From positions 1-21,511 of the forward strand of contig JBECKX010000123.1 in the NCBI GenBank assembly GCA_040235515.1: a stretch of 21,511 nt of DNA, written 5' to 3'. The DNA is from Candidatus Zixiibacteriota bacterium (lineage in GTDB: Bacteria > Zixibacteria > MSB-5A5 > CAIYYT01). The translations under genes and the position numbers were made by a program. Below the pieces are notes generated by a model. It was not told where the DNA came from. It ran no database searches and saw only the letters and a list, made by a program, of their open reading frames with translations. The first letter of the stretch is position 1. Each line of letters begins with the position of its first letter. Shown one piece after another: positions 7,457 through 16,063 of the stretch.

Positions 7457-7468
7457 ACAAGGATTGGT

Positions 7469-7496
7469 AGTTTACTTGGTATTTCGGAAAAGTCAA
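7469..7496 (-). promoter_or_regulatory. Sigma70-type promoter for tRNA-Pro
   Basis: TTGACT-N16-TAAACT ending 12 nt upstream of the tRNA; 16-nt spacers are common in stable-RNA promoters. Confidence 0.7.
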
Positions 7497-7560
7497 CGGG
7501 ATTTTTGAGGGGGGCGTCTGAAGCGCAGCCAGGCCACCTGTCGCACGTTTGGATCTGCCC

Positions 7561-8310
7561 TTACGGTTTCAGATTCCAGTCGGAGAGCTGTTCACGGAAA
7601 TCGTAATCGGTCATATCCATCTTGAGCGGCGTGATCGAAACATAGCCGGCGCGGGTGGCCGAGTAATCGGAGCCATCGTAATCACGCCACTCCGGCTCAC
7701 CGGCAATCCAGTAGTATTTCTTACCGCGCGGATCGATGTTCTCAACCAGGACGTCATGATAGACGCGCTTGCCGAGGCGGGTGATGCGGACTCCTTTATA
7801 GCCGGCTTTCGGGGGATTCGGCAGATTGACGTTCAGGCAGGTAAAATCGGGCAGCCCCCGTTCGAGGACTCTCTTTGCCAGCTTGCGACTGAAGCGAGCC
7901 ATGGCGGTGTAGTCTGTATTCTCGGTGTCGGTAGAGGAGATCGCGATCGACGGGATACCGAGGATTGCCCCCTCGAACGCAGCGGAGACGGTACCGGAGT
8001 AGGTTACGTCATCACCCATATTCGAGCCATGGTTGATTCCGGAGAGAATGATGTCGGGACGCACCCTGTCTTTGAGAATACCGGTGAGCGCAACCATAAC
8101 TGCGTCGGTAGGAGTGCCGTCGACGCTATAGTAGTTTTCGCCATGCTTGTTGAGCCGGAGCGGACGCTGCAGAGTCAGCGAATGGCCTGAACCTGATTGA
8201 TTGAATTGCGGTGCGACAATCAGGACGTCGGCGATTTTCCTGATCTCCCGCGAGAGGCGGATCAAGCCTTCGGCTTCGTAGCCATCATCATTGGTAAGAA
8301 GTGCCAGCAT
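7561..8310 (-). CDS. surE: 5'/3'-nucleotidase SurE
   Basis: LLTNDDG, QSGSGHSLT, GTPTD, SGINHGSNMG and YSGTVSAA motifs. Confidence 0.97.
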   Translation of the reverse strand: MLALLTNDDGYEAEGLIRLSREIRKIADVLIVAPQFNQSGSGHSLTLQRPLRLNKHGENYYSVDGTPTDAVMVALTGILKDRVRPDIILSGINHGSNMGDDVTYSGTVSAAFEGAILGIPSIAISSTDTENTDYTAMARFSRKLAKRVLERGLPDFTCLNVNLPNPPKAGYKGVRITRLGKRVYHDVLVENIDPRGKKYYWIAGEPEWRDYDGSDYSATRAGYVSITPLKMDMTDYDFREQLSDWNLKP

Positions 8311-8314
8311 AGGC

Positions 8315-8992
8315 TCACCAAAATAGTGATTTAGTGATCATTTTCAAGAAGCGAAACAAATCGGCTGCCGGATTGATGAAGCTGCGGCTATCGTTGTAGA
8401 TCGTTCGAACCGGTACACTCCTGATCGAATAGCCGGCCCGGGCGGCACGGATCAGCAGCTCCGGTTCAAGGTCATACTTGTCCGAGCTAAGATCAATTTC
8501 GCGTAGCAGCCTGGTCGGGATGAATCGGAAGCCGGATTGGCTGTCGCTGAGCCTGACCGTGCTGAAGATTGAGGCTACGAAAGATGAGAGAGAGTTGGAG
8601 ACTTTGCGTGGGAATGGCATCGTTGGATCGAGCGGGCGCGTTCCGACAGCCACGGTGCAAGAGGGGTTCTCTGACTTGAGGGCCGCGTCTATCAGTGAGG
8701 TTATCTCGCGTGGGTCGTGCTGGAGGTCGGCATCAAGGGTTACCAGGCCGACGAAGTCATCCTCCAGAACGCGGCCAAATCCTGTCTTGAGCGCAGCACC
8801 CTTCCCCCTGTTCCGGTTGTGGCGTATGACAATTGCTCCGGCTGCAGCAGCGATCGAAGCGGTATGGTCGCTGGAGCCGTCATCTACAACGATGATTGTC
8901 GCGCCGGGACAGGTTTCCCCTATCTCGCGGCAGAGCTGCGCGATTGTTTGAGCTGCATTGAATGCCGGGATAACGATTGCAATTCGTTCCAT
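8315..8992 (-). CDS. Family 2 glycosyltransferase, DPM1-like (polyprenol-phosphate sugar synthase-like)
   Basis: IVIPAFN, VVDDGSSD, NRGKGAAL, LDADLQHDP and DSQSGFR motifs. Confidence 0.9.
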   Translation of the reverse strand: MERIAIVIPAFNAAQTIAQLCREIGETCPGATIIVVDDGSSDHTASIAAAAGAIVIRHNRNRGKGAALKTGFGRVLEDDFVGLVTLDADLQHDPREITSLIDAALKSENPSCTVAVGTRPLDPTMPFPRKVSNSLSSFVASIFSTVRLSDSQSGFRFIPTRLLREIDLSSDKYDLEPELLIRAARAGYSIRSVPVRTIYNDSRSFINPAADLFRFLKMITKSLFW

Positions 8993-9079
8993 CGTTCGAC
9001 AAGTTAGCGCTGTAATATCTTAGAGCAACAATATTGGTGGTTAACACTGCATGGAAGACTTAAAGGACAGAAGAGTAAT

Positions 9080-9805
9080 ATGACGGCACAGGCGGTACTG
9101 TTTGACTTTTGGCAGACTCTATTTCTTGACTCAAAGGAACGTGATACTTTCGCGCGGCGCGTGGCATTGACTAAACAATTTTTGGCTGAGCGCGGCCATA
9201 ATGGTGAACTCGATATTGAGGGCGCCTTCGAGAGGGTCAAGCCGCGATTCTGGGAGGTTTACCATGGGGAACTGCGCACCCCCCTCGTTTCGGAGCGGCT
9301 GACCTGGGTACTTGAGGAGTTGGGCATCGCCATCACTGAGGCAGAGATAGAGGAACTCGCCTTTGAATTTGGGAGTATGGGGATCCTGCTGAATCCGTTG
9401 CCGACGCCAAACATCGGGGACACGTTGGCGGAATTGAGTACTCGCTTCAAGCTGGGCATCGTGTCCGACACCGGTTTCACTCCGGGCCGCGTATTACGTC
9501 AACATATGGAGAAACATGGCCTGCTACAGCACTTCACCGCGTTTTCCTTTTCCGATGAGACGGGTCGTGCGAAACCGCACCGCAGGCAATTCGAGAATGT
9601 CCTGGAGTTGCTGGAGGTCGAACCGCGAAATGCGATCCATTGCGGCGACCTGCCTGACCATGATATCAACGGAGCAAAAGCGCTGGGTATTACTTCCGTG
9701 CTTTACACCGGGTGTCACGAAGCCGAAGTTGGTGAGAACACGCCCGACTACCAGATTTCGGATTGGCGGGAGTTGCCCCCGATCGTCGATAAAGTTTTTG
9801 GTTGA
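9080..9805 (+). CDS. HAD-superfamily hydrolase (subfamily IA)
   Basis: Motif I AVLFDFWQTL, motif II IVSDT, KP, and motif IV HCGDLPDHDINGA. Confidence 0.9.
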   Translation: MTAQAVLFDFWQTLFLDSKERDTFARRVALTKQFLAERGHNGELDIEGAFERVKPRFWEVYHGELRTPLVSERLTWVLEELGIAITEAEIEELAFEFGSMGILLNPLPTPNIGDTLAELSTRFKLGIVSDTGFTPGRVLRQHMEKHGLLQHFTAFSFSDETGRAKPHRRQFENVLELLEVEPRNAIHCGDLPDHDINGAKALGITSVLYTGCHEAEVGENTPDYQISDWRELPPIVDKVFG

Positions 9806-9911
9806 AGCCTCCGACGACTCAACTAACCTTTAAGGGTGGACTGTTTCTACGGCTCGGTCACCGCAGACCAACGCTGCGAAACCGGTCATTGTCTGATCCG
9901 GAGGAGTTACC

Positions 9912-11312
9912 CTGGAATATCGATATCCCGACTTCGGTTTCGAGTGGCGGCACTACTTGAAGCGTCCGTGGCGCTTGCGCTGGCGAACCAGGTCAATTCA
10001 GTCACACTATGGGCGGGAATTCACCGATCATTATGAATTTCTAACTCGCTCGCTGCATTGGGATCGCGAGACGCTGGAACAATTCCAGTGGGAGAGAATC
10101 TCTCGGTTACTCAACCATGCTCACAGCACTACTCCCTACTATCGACGGGTATTTCAAGAATTGGGGATCGCACCGGATGAGATCAGGTCACTGGATGACT
10201 TCAAGCAACTCCCGATCGTCAGCCGCAATGACCTGGCAAACCACCTGGACGATTTTAAGTCCTCGGAGTTCAGGCTGCGTGGCGGATCGCCAGCGTCGAC
10301 CTCAGGGAGCACCGGAGCTGTCCTCCACTTCTATAGAAGTTGGGACACCGAGGCGATGCGACGCGCTGTGCAATGGCGCTTGTTCAATCAGATCGGCTAT
10401 CACTTCAAGGAACCGCGAGTCTCACTGAACAGACCGTTTGTCGGAACTGAAGAGGACCTGCTGTACAACTATGATCCGGTAGAGAACCTGGTGGCGTTCA
10501 ATGGCCGGTTCCTGCGCAGTGACAGTATCGCCGCAATTTACGACGTGATCAAGCGCTTCAAGCCGGTGATGTTCTACGGTCATCCTTCAGCTATCGCCAA
10601 TCTCGCGGCACAGATGAAGACGCTGGGACTACCGCCGCTGGATCTCCCGGTCTGCTATGTCTATTCGGAGGTGGTGAGTGAAGCGATGCGGCGAATCATC
10701 AAGGGGATGGTCAGTCCGAATCTGCATGACCATTACGGCAACCGCGAGAACACAGTGAGCGCATCGCAATATGATTGCGGCAACTATCATATCAATTCCG
10801 AGTTTGTTTTCATGGAGCTGGTGGCGTCGGAGCAGGAGTTCGCCGGCAGAAAGTGCTTCAAAGTGATCGGCACCAACCTCTTCAACTATGCGATGCCGAC
10901 GATTCGCTACGACTGCGGTGATCTGGCCGTCAGCATCGGTGAGTGTACGAAGTGCAACCTGGCGCACCCGGTGATCGAGTTCGTCGGGGGGCGGGAGAAG
11001 AATTTCCTGGTGGCGCGCGATGGATTGATTCATTGCCAGTACGATGATATCCTCCTTAAGCTGGGTATCTCTTGTGCGCTGGATGTGCAGGTAGAGCAGC
11101 GTGATCTCGATACGATTATTTTGCGTTATGTCCCGGCACCGACATTTGATGCTGAAAAGGACAAACCGATCCTGATCGAAGAATTGCGGAAGGCAACGGG
11201 CGAACGTTTCGCGGTTGAGTTGGAGGAGGTCGCTGAGATCAGACCGACTGAGGGTTTCAAGCGGAGTAAGGTGGTGTCACGTCTCGGCGAGGAGCTGTTG
11301 AAATCGAAATGA
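9912..11312 (+). CDS. CapK/phenylacetate-CoA ligase-like adenylate-forming enzyme, paralog 1
   Basis: P-loop STSGSTG, YGHPS, YGNRE, TNLFNYAMPTIRYDCGD and CxxC before GGR. Start placed at CTG 9912 behind GGAGGAG; the ORF track uses TTG 9957. Confidence 0.85.
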   Translation: MEYRYPDFGFEWRHYLKRPWRLRWRTRSIQSHYGREFTDHYEFLTRSLHWDRETLEQFQWERISRLLNHAHSTTPYYRRVFQELGIAPDEIRSLDDFKQLPIVSRNDLANHLDDFKSSEFRLRGGSPASTSGSTGAVLHFYRSWDTEAMRRAVQWRLFNQIGYHFKEPRVSLNRPFVGTEEDLLYNYDPVENLVAFNGRFLRSDSIAAIYDVIKRFKPVMFYGHPSAIANLAAQMKTLGLPPLDLPVCYVYSEVVSEAMRRIIKGMVSPNLHDHYGNRENTVSASQYDCGNYHINSEFVFMELVASEQEFAGRKCFKVIGTNLFNYAMPTIRYDCGDLAVSIGECTKCNLAHPVIEFVGGREKNFLVARDGLIHCQYDDILLKLGISCALDVQVEQRDLDTIILRYVPAPTFDAEKDKPILIEELRKATGERFAVELEEVAEIRPTEGFKRSKVVSRLGEELLKSK

Positions 11313-12691
11313 GTGATTTCGTCGAGTTGTTGAAGCGGTCGGTGCGGTGGCGCTATCACCTGATTCCCCTGCCCCTCGCGTATGGGGCTGAGTATCGGAA
11401 GTGGTTCGCCTTCCTTGAGCAGTCACAACGCTTTGACGAGGAGCGTCTGCAGGAGTATACCTGGCGGCGGCTGAAGGCTCTGATCGAATTTGCGTACAAT
11501 AACACCAGCTACTACAGGAAGAGTTTCGAGGATGTCGGTTGCGAGCCGGGGGATGTCAAAACGCTTGCCGACTACGCGCAGCTTCCGACTACGAATCGCC
11601 GCCTCGTTCGAGAGAATCTGGATGCGATGACCCCGATCAATTTCGCGGCTACGCAGCCGATCACCACGCTGACCTCGGGGACTACCGGCTACCCGCTCAA
11701 ACTTTATCGTAGCAGATCACAGGAGGAGTTGCGCAAGGCAATCGTCTGGCGGCACTATCACGATCTCGGCTACCGCTACAAAGAGCGTCGCGTCACCCTC
11801 GGTCGACCGCTCGACTTCCCTGACAAGCAGCAATATTTCTCGCATGACGTACTCGAGAATAACCTGCAGCTCAATTCTTTTCATTTGAATCCACGCGACT
11901 TCCGGATGCTTTATGACGCAGCACTGCGCTTCGCGCCGAAGATGCTGGTCGGGCACCCGGCTGCACTCTACACCTTCTGCTTGCAGACCGAGAAGCTGAG
12001 GCTCCGCCCGCTTAAGGTGGCGATCGTCTACAGCAACTCAGAGAAGCTCTACCCACACCACATCGCGAAGTTTGAAGAGCATTTTGGAGCGAAGGTGTAC
12101 GACTATTTCGGCAATCGCGAGAACTCGCTGGCTGTAACGCAGTTTTCGTGTGGCGGAATGCATATCAACCCCGAATTCGGACTGGTGGAGTTCGTGAAAG
12201 ATGGTCGGCAGTGTAAAATCGGTGAGGCAGGCTCGATCATCACAACGCCGCTCGAGAACTACTCGACTCCCCTGCTGCGGTATGATACCGGCGATGTCGG
12301 AAAGCCACTCGGGAGATGTTCCGAGTGCGGGAGAGCGCATCCGACGATGGAGATAATGGGTGGGCGTGGAAAAGATCTGCTCTTGACTCGCGAGGGATTT
12401 GTCAATTGCCACCTCGACACCTACCTGACTCGGCACAAGTTCAAGGGGGCAGATTACATCCAGGTGGTGCAGCAGCAAATTGATCGGGTTACGGTGAGGA
12501 TTTTCCCGAGTAGTGAGTTTCGTGGTACGGAGGATTCGGCACGACTCAAGCAGCTTGCGCACGACTGCCTGGGTGGTTTTTTCGAGGTCGAGGTAGAAAT
12601 TCTCAGCGAACCTCCCTTCACGGAAGCGGGAAAAATGCCTTATGTAGTAAGCGAATTGGCGCGCGATGAACAGGGACTCGAACGGTCATAA
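11309..12691 (+). CDS. CapK/phenylacetate-CoA ligase-like adenylate-forming enzyme, paralog 2
   Basis: TSGTTG, VGHPA, FGNRE, PLLRYDTGD, CSECGR and terminal AGK Lys; ATGA overlap with paralog 1. Confidence 0.88.
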   Translation: MSDFVELLKRSVRWRYHLIPLPLAYGAEYRKWFAFLEQSQRFDEERLQEYTWRRLKALIEFAYNNTSYYRKSFEDVGCEPGDVKTLADYAQLPTTNRRLVRENLDAMTPINFAATQPITTLTSGTTGYPLKLYRSRSQEELRKAIVWRHYHDLGYRYKERRVTLGRPLDFPDKQQYFSHDVLENNLQLNSFHLNPRDFRMLYDAALRFAPKMLVGHPAALYTFCLQTEKLRLRPLKVAIVYSNSEKLYPHHIAKFEEHFGAKVYDYFGNRENSLAVTQFSCGGMHINPEFGLVEFVKDGRQCKIGEAGSIITTPLENYSTPLLRYDTGDVGKPLGRCSECGRAHPTMEIMGGRGKDLLLTREGFVNCHLDTYLTRHKFKGADYIQVVQQQIDRVTVRIFPSSEFRGTEDSARLKQLAHDCLGGFFEVEVEILSEPPFTEAGKMPYVVSELARDEQGLERS

Positions 12692-12821
12692 AACGACGCG
12701 AGGACACCCCAAATTCACTGTCGCCTATGCGCTTGCTGCACAAGGCCTTACGTAGCGCACCTGAAGTGCTACAATAATCGCAGAATTAAGGTCTAAAGAT
12801 TGAACAGCAACCACTTTAGCC

Positions 12822-12849
12822 TTTACATGAAGGGGGAAACGATTATATT
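12822..12849 (+). promoter_or_regulatory. Possible sigma70 promoter for the cohesin-dockerin gene
   Basis: TTTACA-N16-TATATT about 60 nt upstream of the start. Confidence 0.4.
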
Positions 12850-12908
12850 TCTGGCGCAACTACTACGCAAGCGGGGATAGCCCGCAGACTACTTCATGGA
12901 GATCTAAA

Positions 12909-13802
12909 TTGTTTAAGAGATTGTCAATGAGCACAAGGATTACGGCAATCTGCGCCACCCTGCTTCTTGCAGTTTCGCTGTACCACGGTCCGATTGCGAG
13001 CGCAGCCCCACAGGCGCCATTTGAAATCAGCATCCAGGATGTGGCATCCGCCAAGCTGGGAAACAACGTTCAGATCGCTATCACTCAGGAATCGGGCACC
13101 GAGACATACGGGGAATTCAAGTTCGTGGTCGCATTCGATCCGGAGTACCTGGAGTTTCTGGGTGCGGAGACGGGCTATGTGACTGGATTCTGCCAGTGGG
13201 ATCGATTCGAGTACAATCTCCTCCTCTGCGACAGTTGCGACTGGCAGCTGGTGGAGATTTCAGGAGTAGCGGATGACCCGGGTATCGCCGGCGCGCCGAT
13301 CTGTTTCAGCGACTTCGGTGACATTGCGGTGCTGCAATTCAAGATCCTGCCCGACACGACTCATGCCGGTGATTATGCGATGGTCAATTTCTACTGGCAA
13401 GACTGCGAATCGAACACGACGAAATCGGTGGCGTCCGATACCACCTGGTATGGCAAATTCGCCTACGACTACTTCGGCAACGATATCACCGGCGATGATC
13501 CCAATTTCGGCGGCGTCCAGTCCGGTTGCATCGTCCCTGACGGCGATGTGCCGATTCGTGCGATCAACACGCATAATGGTGGTGTTCAGATCAGGGAGGA
13601 TTTCGGCGTCTACGGCGACATGAATGCGGACGGCAGATTTAACATCAGCGATATCAGTTACCTGATCAACTACATCTTCGCCGGTGGAAGCGCCCCGAAG
13701 GACTACCTGCACGGCGACTACGACGGCGACGGGATCACCTCAATTACAGATGCCGTGTTCCTGATGAACTACCTGTTCATGCTCCTGGGGCTGGGCGGTT
13801 AA
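12909..13802 (+). CDS. Secreted protein: signal peptide + cohesin-like beta-sandwich + C-terminal dockerin-like duplicated Ca-binding repeat
   Basis: Signal peptide ending ASA-AP. Cohesin-like strands VQIAI, FKFVVAFDPEYLEF, IAVLQFKI. Dockerin repeats GDMNADGRFNISDISYLINYIF and GDYDGDGITSITDAVFLMNYLF. GGAG SD before TTG; alternative ATG at 12927. Confidence 0.8.
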   Translation: MFKRLSMSTRITAICATLLLAVSLYHGPIASAAPQAPFEISIQDVASAKLGNNVQIAITQESGTETYGEFKFVVAFDPEYLEFLGAETGYVTGFCQWDRFEYNLLLCDSCDWQLVEISGVADDPGIAGAPICFSDFGDIAVLQFKILPDTTHAGDYAMVNFYWQDCESNTTKSVASDTTWYGKFAYDYFGNDITGDDPNFGGVQSGCIVPDGDVPIRAINTHNGGVQIREDFGVYGDMNADGRFNISDISYLINYIFAGGSAPKDYLHGDYDGDGITSITDAVFLMNYLFMLLGLGG

Positions 13803-13908
13803 CGCCGCAACAGTTCCACTCAGCCATAACTATCGATCCGGTTTAAGCAGTATAAGGGGATACAGGCAAGTTGCGTCTCATTCTGACGCCAGCTCAGGCG
13901 AGAATCGA

Positions 13909-14913
13909 TCAGTCGGTTACTTCGTCTTCCTCGACCTGTTTGAGCGACAGGTGTTCTTTCTTCAGGTAGTAGAGCCCGGCGGCTGTAATGGTCAGGTACT
14001 GGGTTGCCCACATGACGATACTGCAAGCGCCGGCGATATCTGCATGAACATCGTAAAGGCTTAAGCTGAGCACTGTCAGGTATTGGTATGGGCCGATGAA
14101 CCCGGGGGCGTTCGGAATCATGATTCCCACAGACACAACAGCGAGGACCACGAAGGAGGCGTCGATCGGCAGCCGCAGGCCGAATGCCAGGAATATCAGG
14201 TAGTTGGAGAGCGCCATCACGATCCAGAGCAGAGCCGATTGCGCCGTGATCTTGAGTACCGCGCGAAAGTCGGAAAGCACCTCGAGCCCGGAAGCGAACT
14301 TCACGAGTATCTCATTTCCCACTTCCTGGATTTTCTCCGGAAAGATGTGGAGCACTTTGTTGAGGGCGCGCAGCGTGGCATCGGTCTTCACTTTCAGTAG
14401 CGTCAGCACGAAGACCGCGAAGAGTGTCAGCGCCAGAAAGATCCAGCCGGCGGTCTTGAGGTGTCGCAGGTCACTGGCTGCGGAACTCGGGAATTCCTTG
14501 AAGAGAAGGATGACCACGAAGAGCACCAACAAGGTGATCAGGTCGAATACACGCTCGACGAAGGTAGTCGCCATGGCGGCGGAACGCGAGATATCCTCAA
14601 TCTTGCCGAGGGAAAGCGGTCGCGCAAACTCACCGAGGCGTGCGGGCAGGATATTCGAGGCCATGAAGCCGATCATGGTGGCGGCATAGAGACCGTAGAA
14701 ACTACATTTCTTGATCGGGCGCACCATCACGCCCCAGCGCCAGGCTCTGAGAATCATGGCGATAAAAATCGACGCGACATTGGGAATCAACCACCAGTAG
14801 TTCGCCTTCTTGATCGCACCGATCACTTCGCTCCACTCGATTTTATCGACGAAGAGATAGAGGAAGAGCAACGCGACAATCATTCCGAAGATGACCAGCA
14901 GTTTCTTACCCAT
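13909..14913 (-). CDS. UPF0104 / lysylphosphatidylglycerol-synthase TM (flippase-like) membrane protein
   Basis: Multi-TM; LRAWRW, NILPARLGEFAR, ERVFD and IPNAPGFIG motifs. Start MGKKLL at 14913 with GAGG SD; overlaps the GT4 stop. Confidence 0.88.
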   Translation of the reverse strand: MGKKLLVIFGMIVALLFLYLFVDKIEWSEVIGAIKKANYWWLIPNVASIFIAMILRAWRWGVMVRPIKKCSFYGLYAATMIGFMASNILPARLGEFARPLSLGKIEDISRSAAMATTFVERVFDLITLLVLFVVILLFKEFPSSAASDLRHLKTAGWIFLALTLFAVFVLTLLKVKTDATLRALNKVLHIFPEKIQEVGNEILVKFASGLEVLSDFRAVLKITAQSALLWIVMALSNYLIFLAFGLRLPIDASFVVLAVVSVGIMIPNAPGFIGPYQYLTVLSLSLYDVHADIAGACSIVMWATQYLTITAAGLYYLKKEHLSLKQVEEDEVTD

Positions 14914-16030
14914 GCTGCCTCCACTCCTCGACGGCCCGCTGCATCGATTCAAAAGACCCCCTGGCACAGGAATCCCAGGTGAAACGCTCGGCCCACTTGA
15001 GCGCACCGGCGCAGAGGTCGCGGAACAGTTGCTGATCGGTCAGCACGCGGACTATGGCATCGGCGAGCTGGTCAATCTGTCCGAATTCGTAGAGCAAGCC
15101 GGAATGGCCGGGATTCACCGAATCACGCAAGCCGGGTGAGTTGGCTGCGACGACGGGTGTCCCGCAGGCGTTGGCTTCGATATTGGTGATCCCCCACCCT
15201 TCCTTGGGTGATGGATAGATCGAGACGTGCGAGCGACGCAGGTACTCCATCTTGGTGTCGGAGTCAACGAACCCGGGGAATTCGACCGCATCCTCGATCC
15301 CGAGCGAGCGTGCCTGCTGCTTGAGCGACTCGAGATAGTCGCCGTCGCCGAGGAGCGACAAACGGGCGTTGGGCACGCGCTCGCGCACGCGCGGCAGCGC
15401 GGAGAGGATGTGGTGGACGGCCTTGTATTTTTTCATTCGGCCAAGATAGAGAATCGTGGGTTGTTCGAACCTGTTGTTTAGATCACCCGGTGTGAAGCTC
15501 GCGTGGTCGATACCGCATTCGGCGACATCGATCATCTGTGGCTTGATGCCACGGGAGATGAGGTCAGTCCGGGTCGACTGGCTGATGGCGAGGAACCGGG
15601 CGCTACTGTAGACATGGGGGATCGGTTGTTCTGCGAGGTAGACGTAGCTTGCTGCGATCGCGTTGACCTCCTGGTAGATCGTCTTGCCGAACAGATGCGG
15701 AATAACGGCCAGGAACGGGTAGTTGAAAAACATCGGCAGATACGACGGAATCTTGTTGATATCTTCCACGATCAGGTCATAGGGCTTCTCTTCGAGCAGG
15801 TGTTTGACAAAGAATGGGGAGCGGAAGTTGAAGGTTTGTCGTCCGCCGCAACGTCTGACTTCGAAACCGTCGATGACTTCCCGATCAAGGGCGCCCGGAT
15901 AGGATGAACACGCGAGGGTGACTTCGTGGCCCCAACTGACGACACGCTTTAGAATCTCTTCAAGGTGAACCTCCGCTCCGCCCGCCAGCGGATTAGTCAA
16001 GTCCTGCCAATTGACCGCAAGGATCCTCAA
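14906..16030 (-). CDS. Family 4 glycosyltransferase (GT-B)
   Basis: NWQDLTNPLAGGAEVH, YLGRMKKYK and EGWGITNIEANACGTPVV (EX7E) motifs. Confidence 0.93.
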   Translation of the reverse strand: MRILAVNWQDLTNPLAGGAEVHLEEILKRVVSWGHEVTLACSSYPGALDREVIDGFEVRRCGGRQTFNFRSPFFVKHLLEEKPYDLIVEDINKIPSYLPMFFNYPFLAVIPHLFGKTIYQEVNAIAASYVYLAEQPIPHVYSSARFLAISQSTRTDLISRGIKPQMIDVAECGIDHASFTPGDLNNRFEQPTILYLGRMKKYKAVHHILSALPRVRERVPNARLSLLGDGDYLESLKQQARSLGIEDAVEFPGFVDSDTKMEYLRRSHVSIYPSPKEGWGITNIEANACGTPVVAANSPGLRDSVNPGHSGLLYEFGQIDQLADAIVRVLTDQQLFRDLCAGALKWAERFTWDSCARGSFESMQRAVEEWRQHG

Positions 16031-16063
16031 AATGATCTGCCTCGCCCTGTGCTTTCTCGGACG

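Noticed and set aside
7549..8190. 213-aa ORF antisense to surE
   Set aside because: Mirror frame of a conserved gene with no independent evidence.
14914..15006. 31-aa N-terminal extension of the flippase-like ORF
   Set aside because: It overlaps the GT4 coding region; the ATG at 14913 has an SD and directly precedes the first TM.
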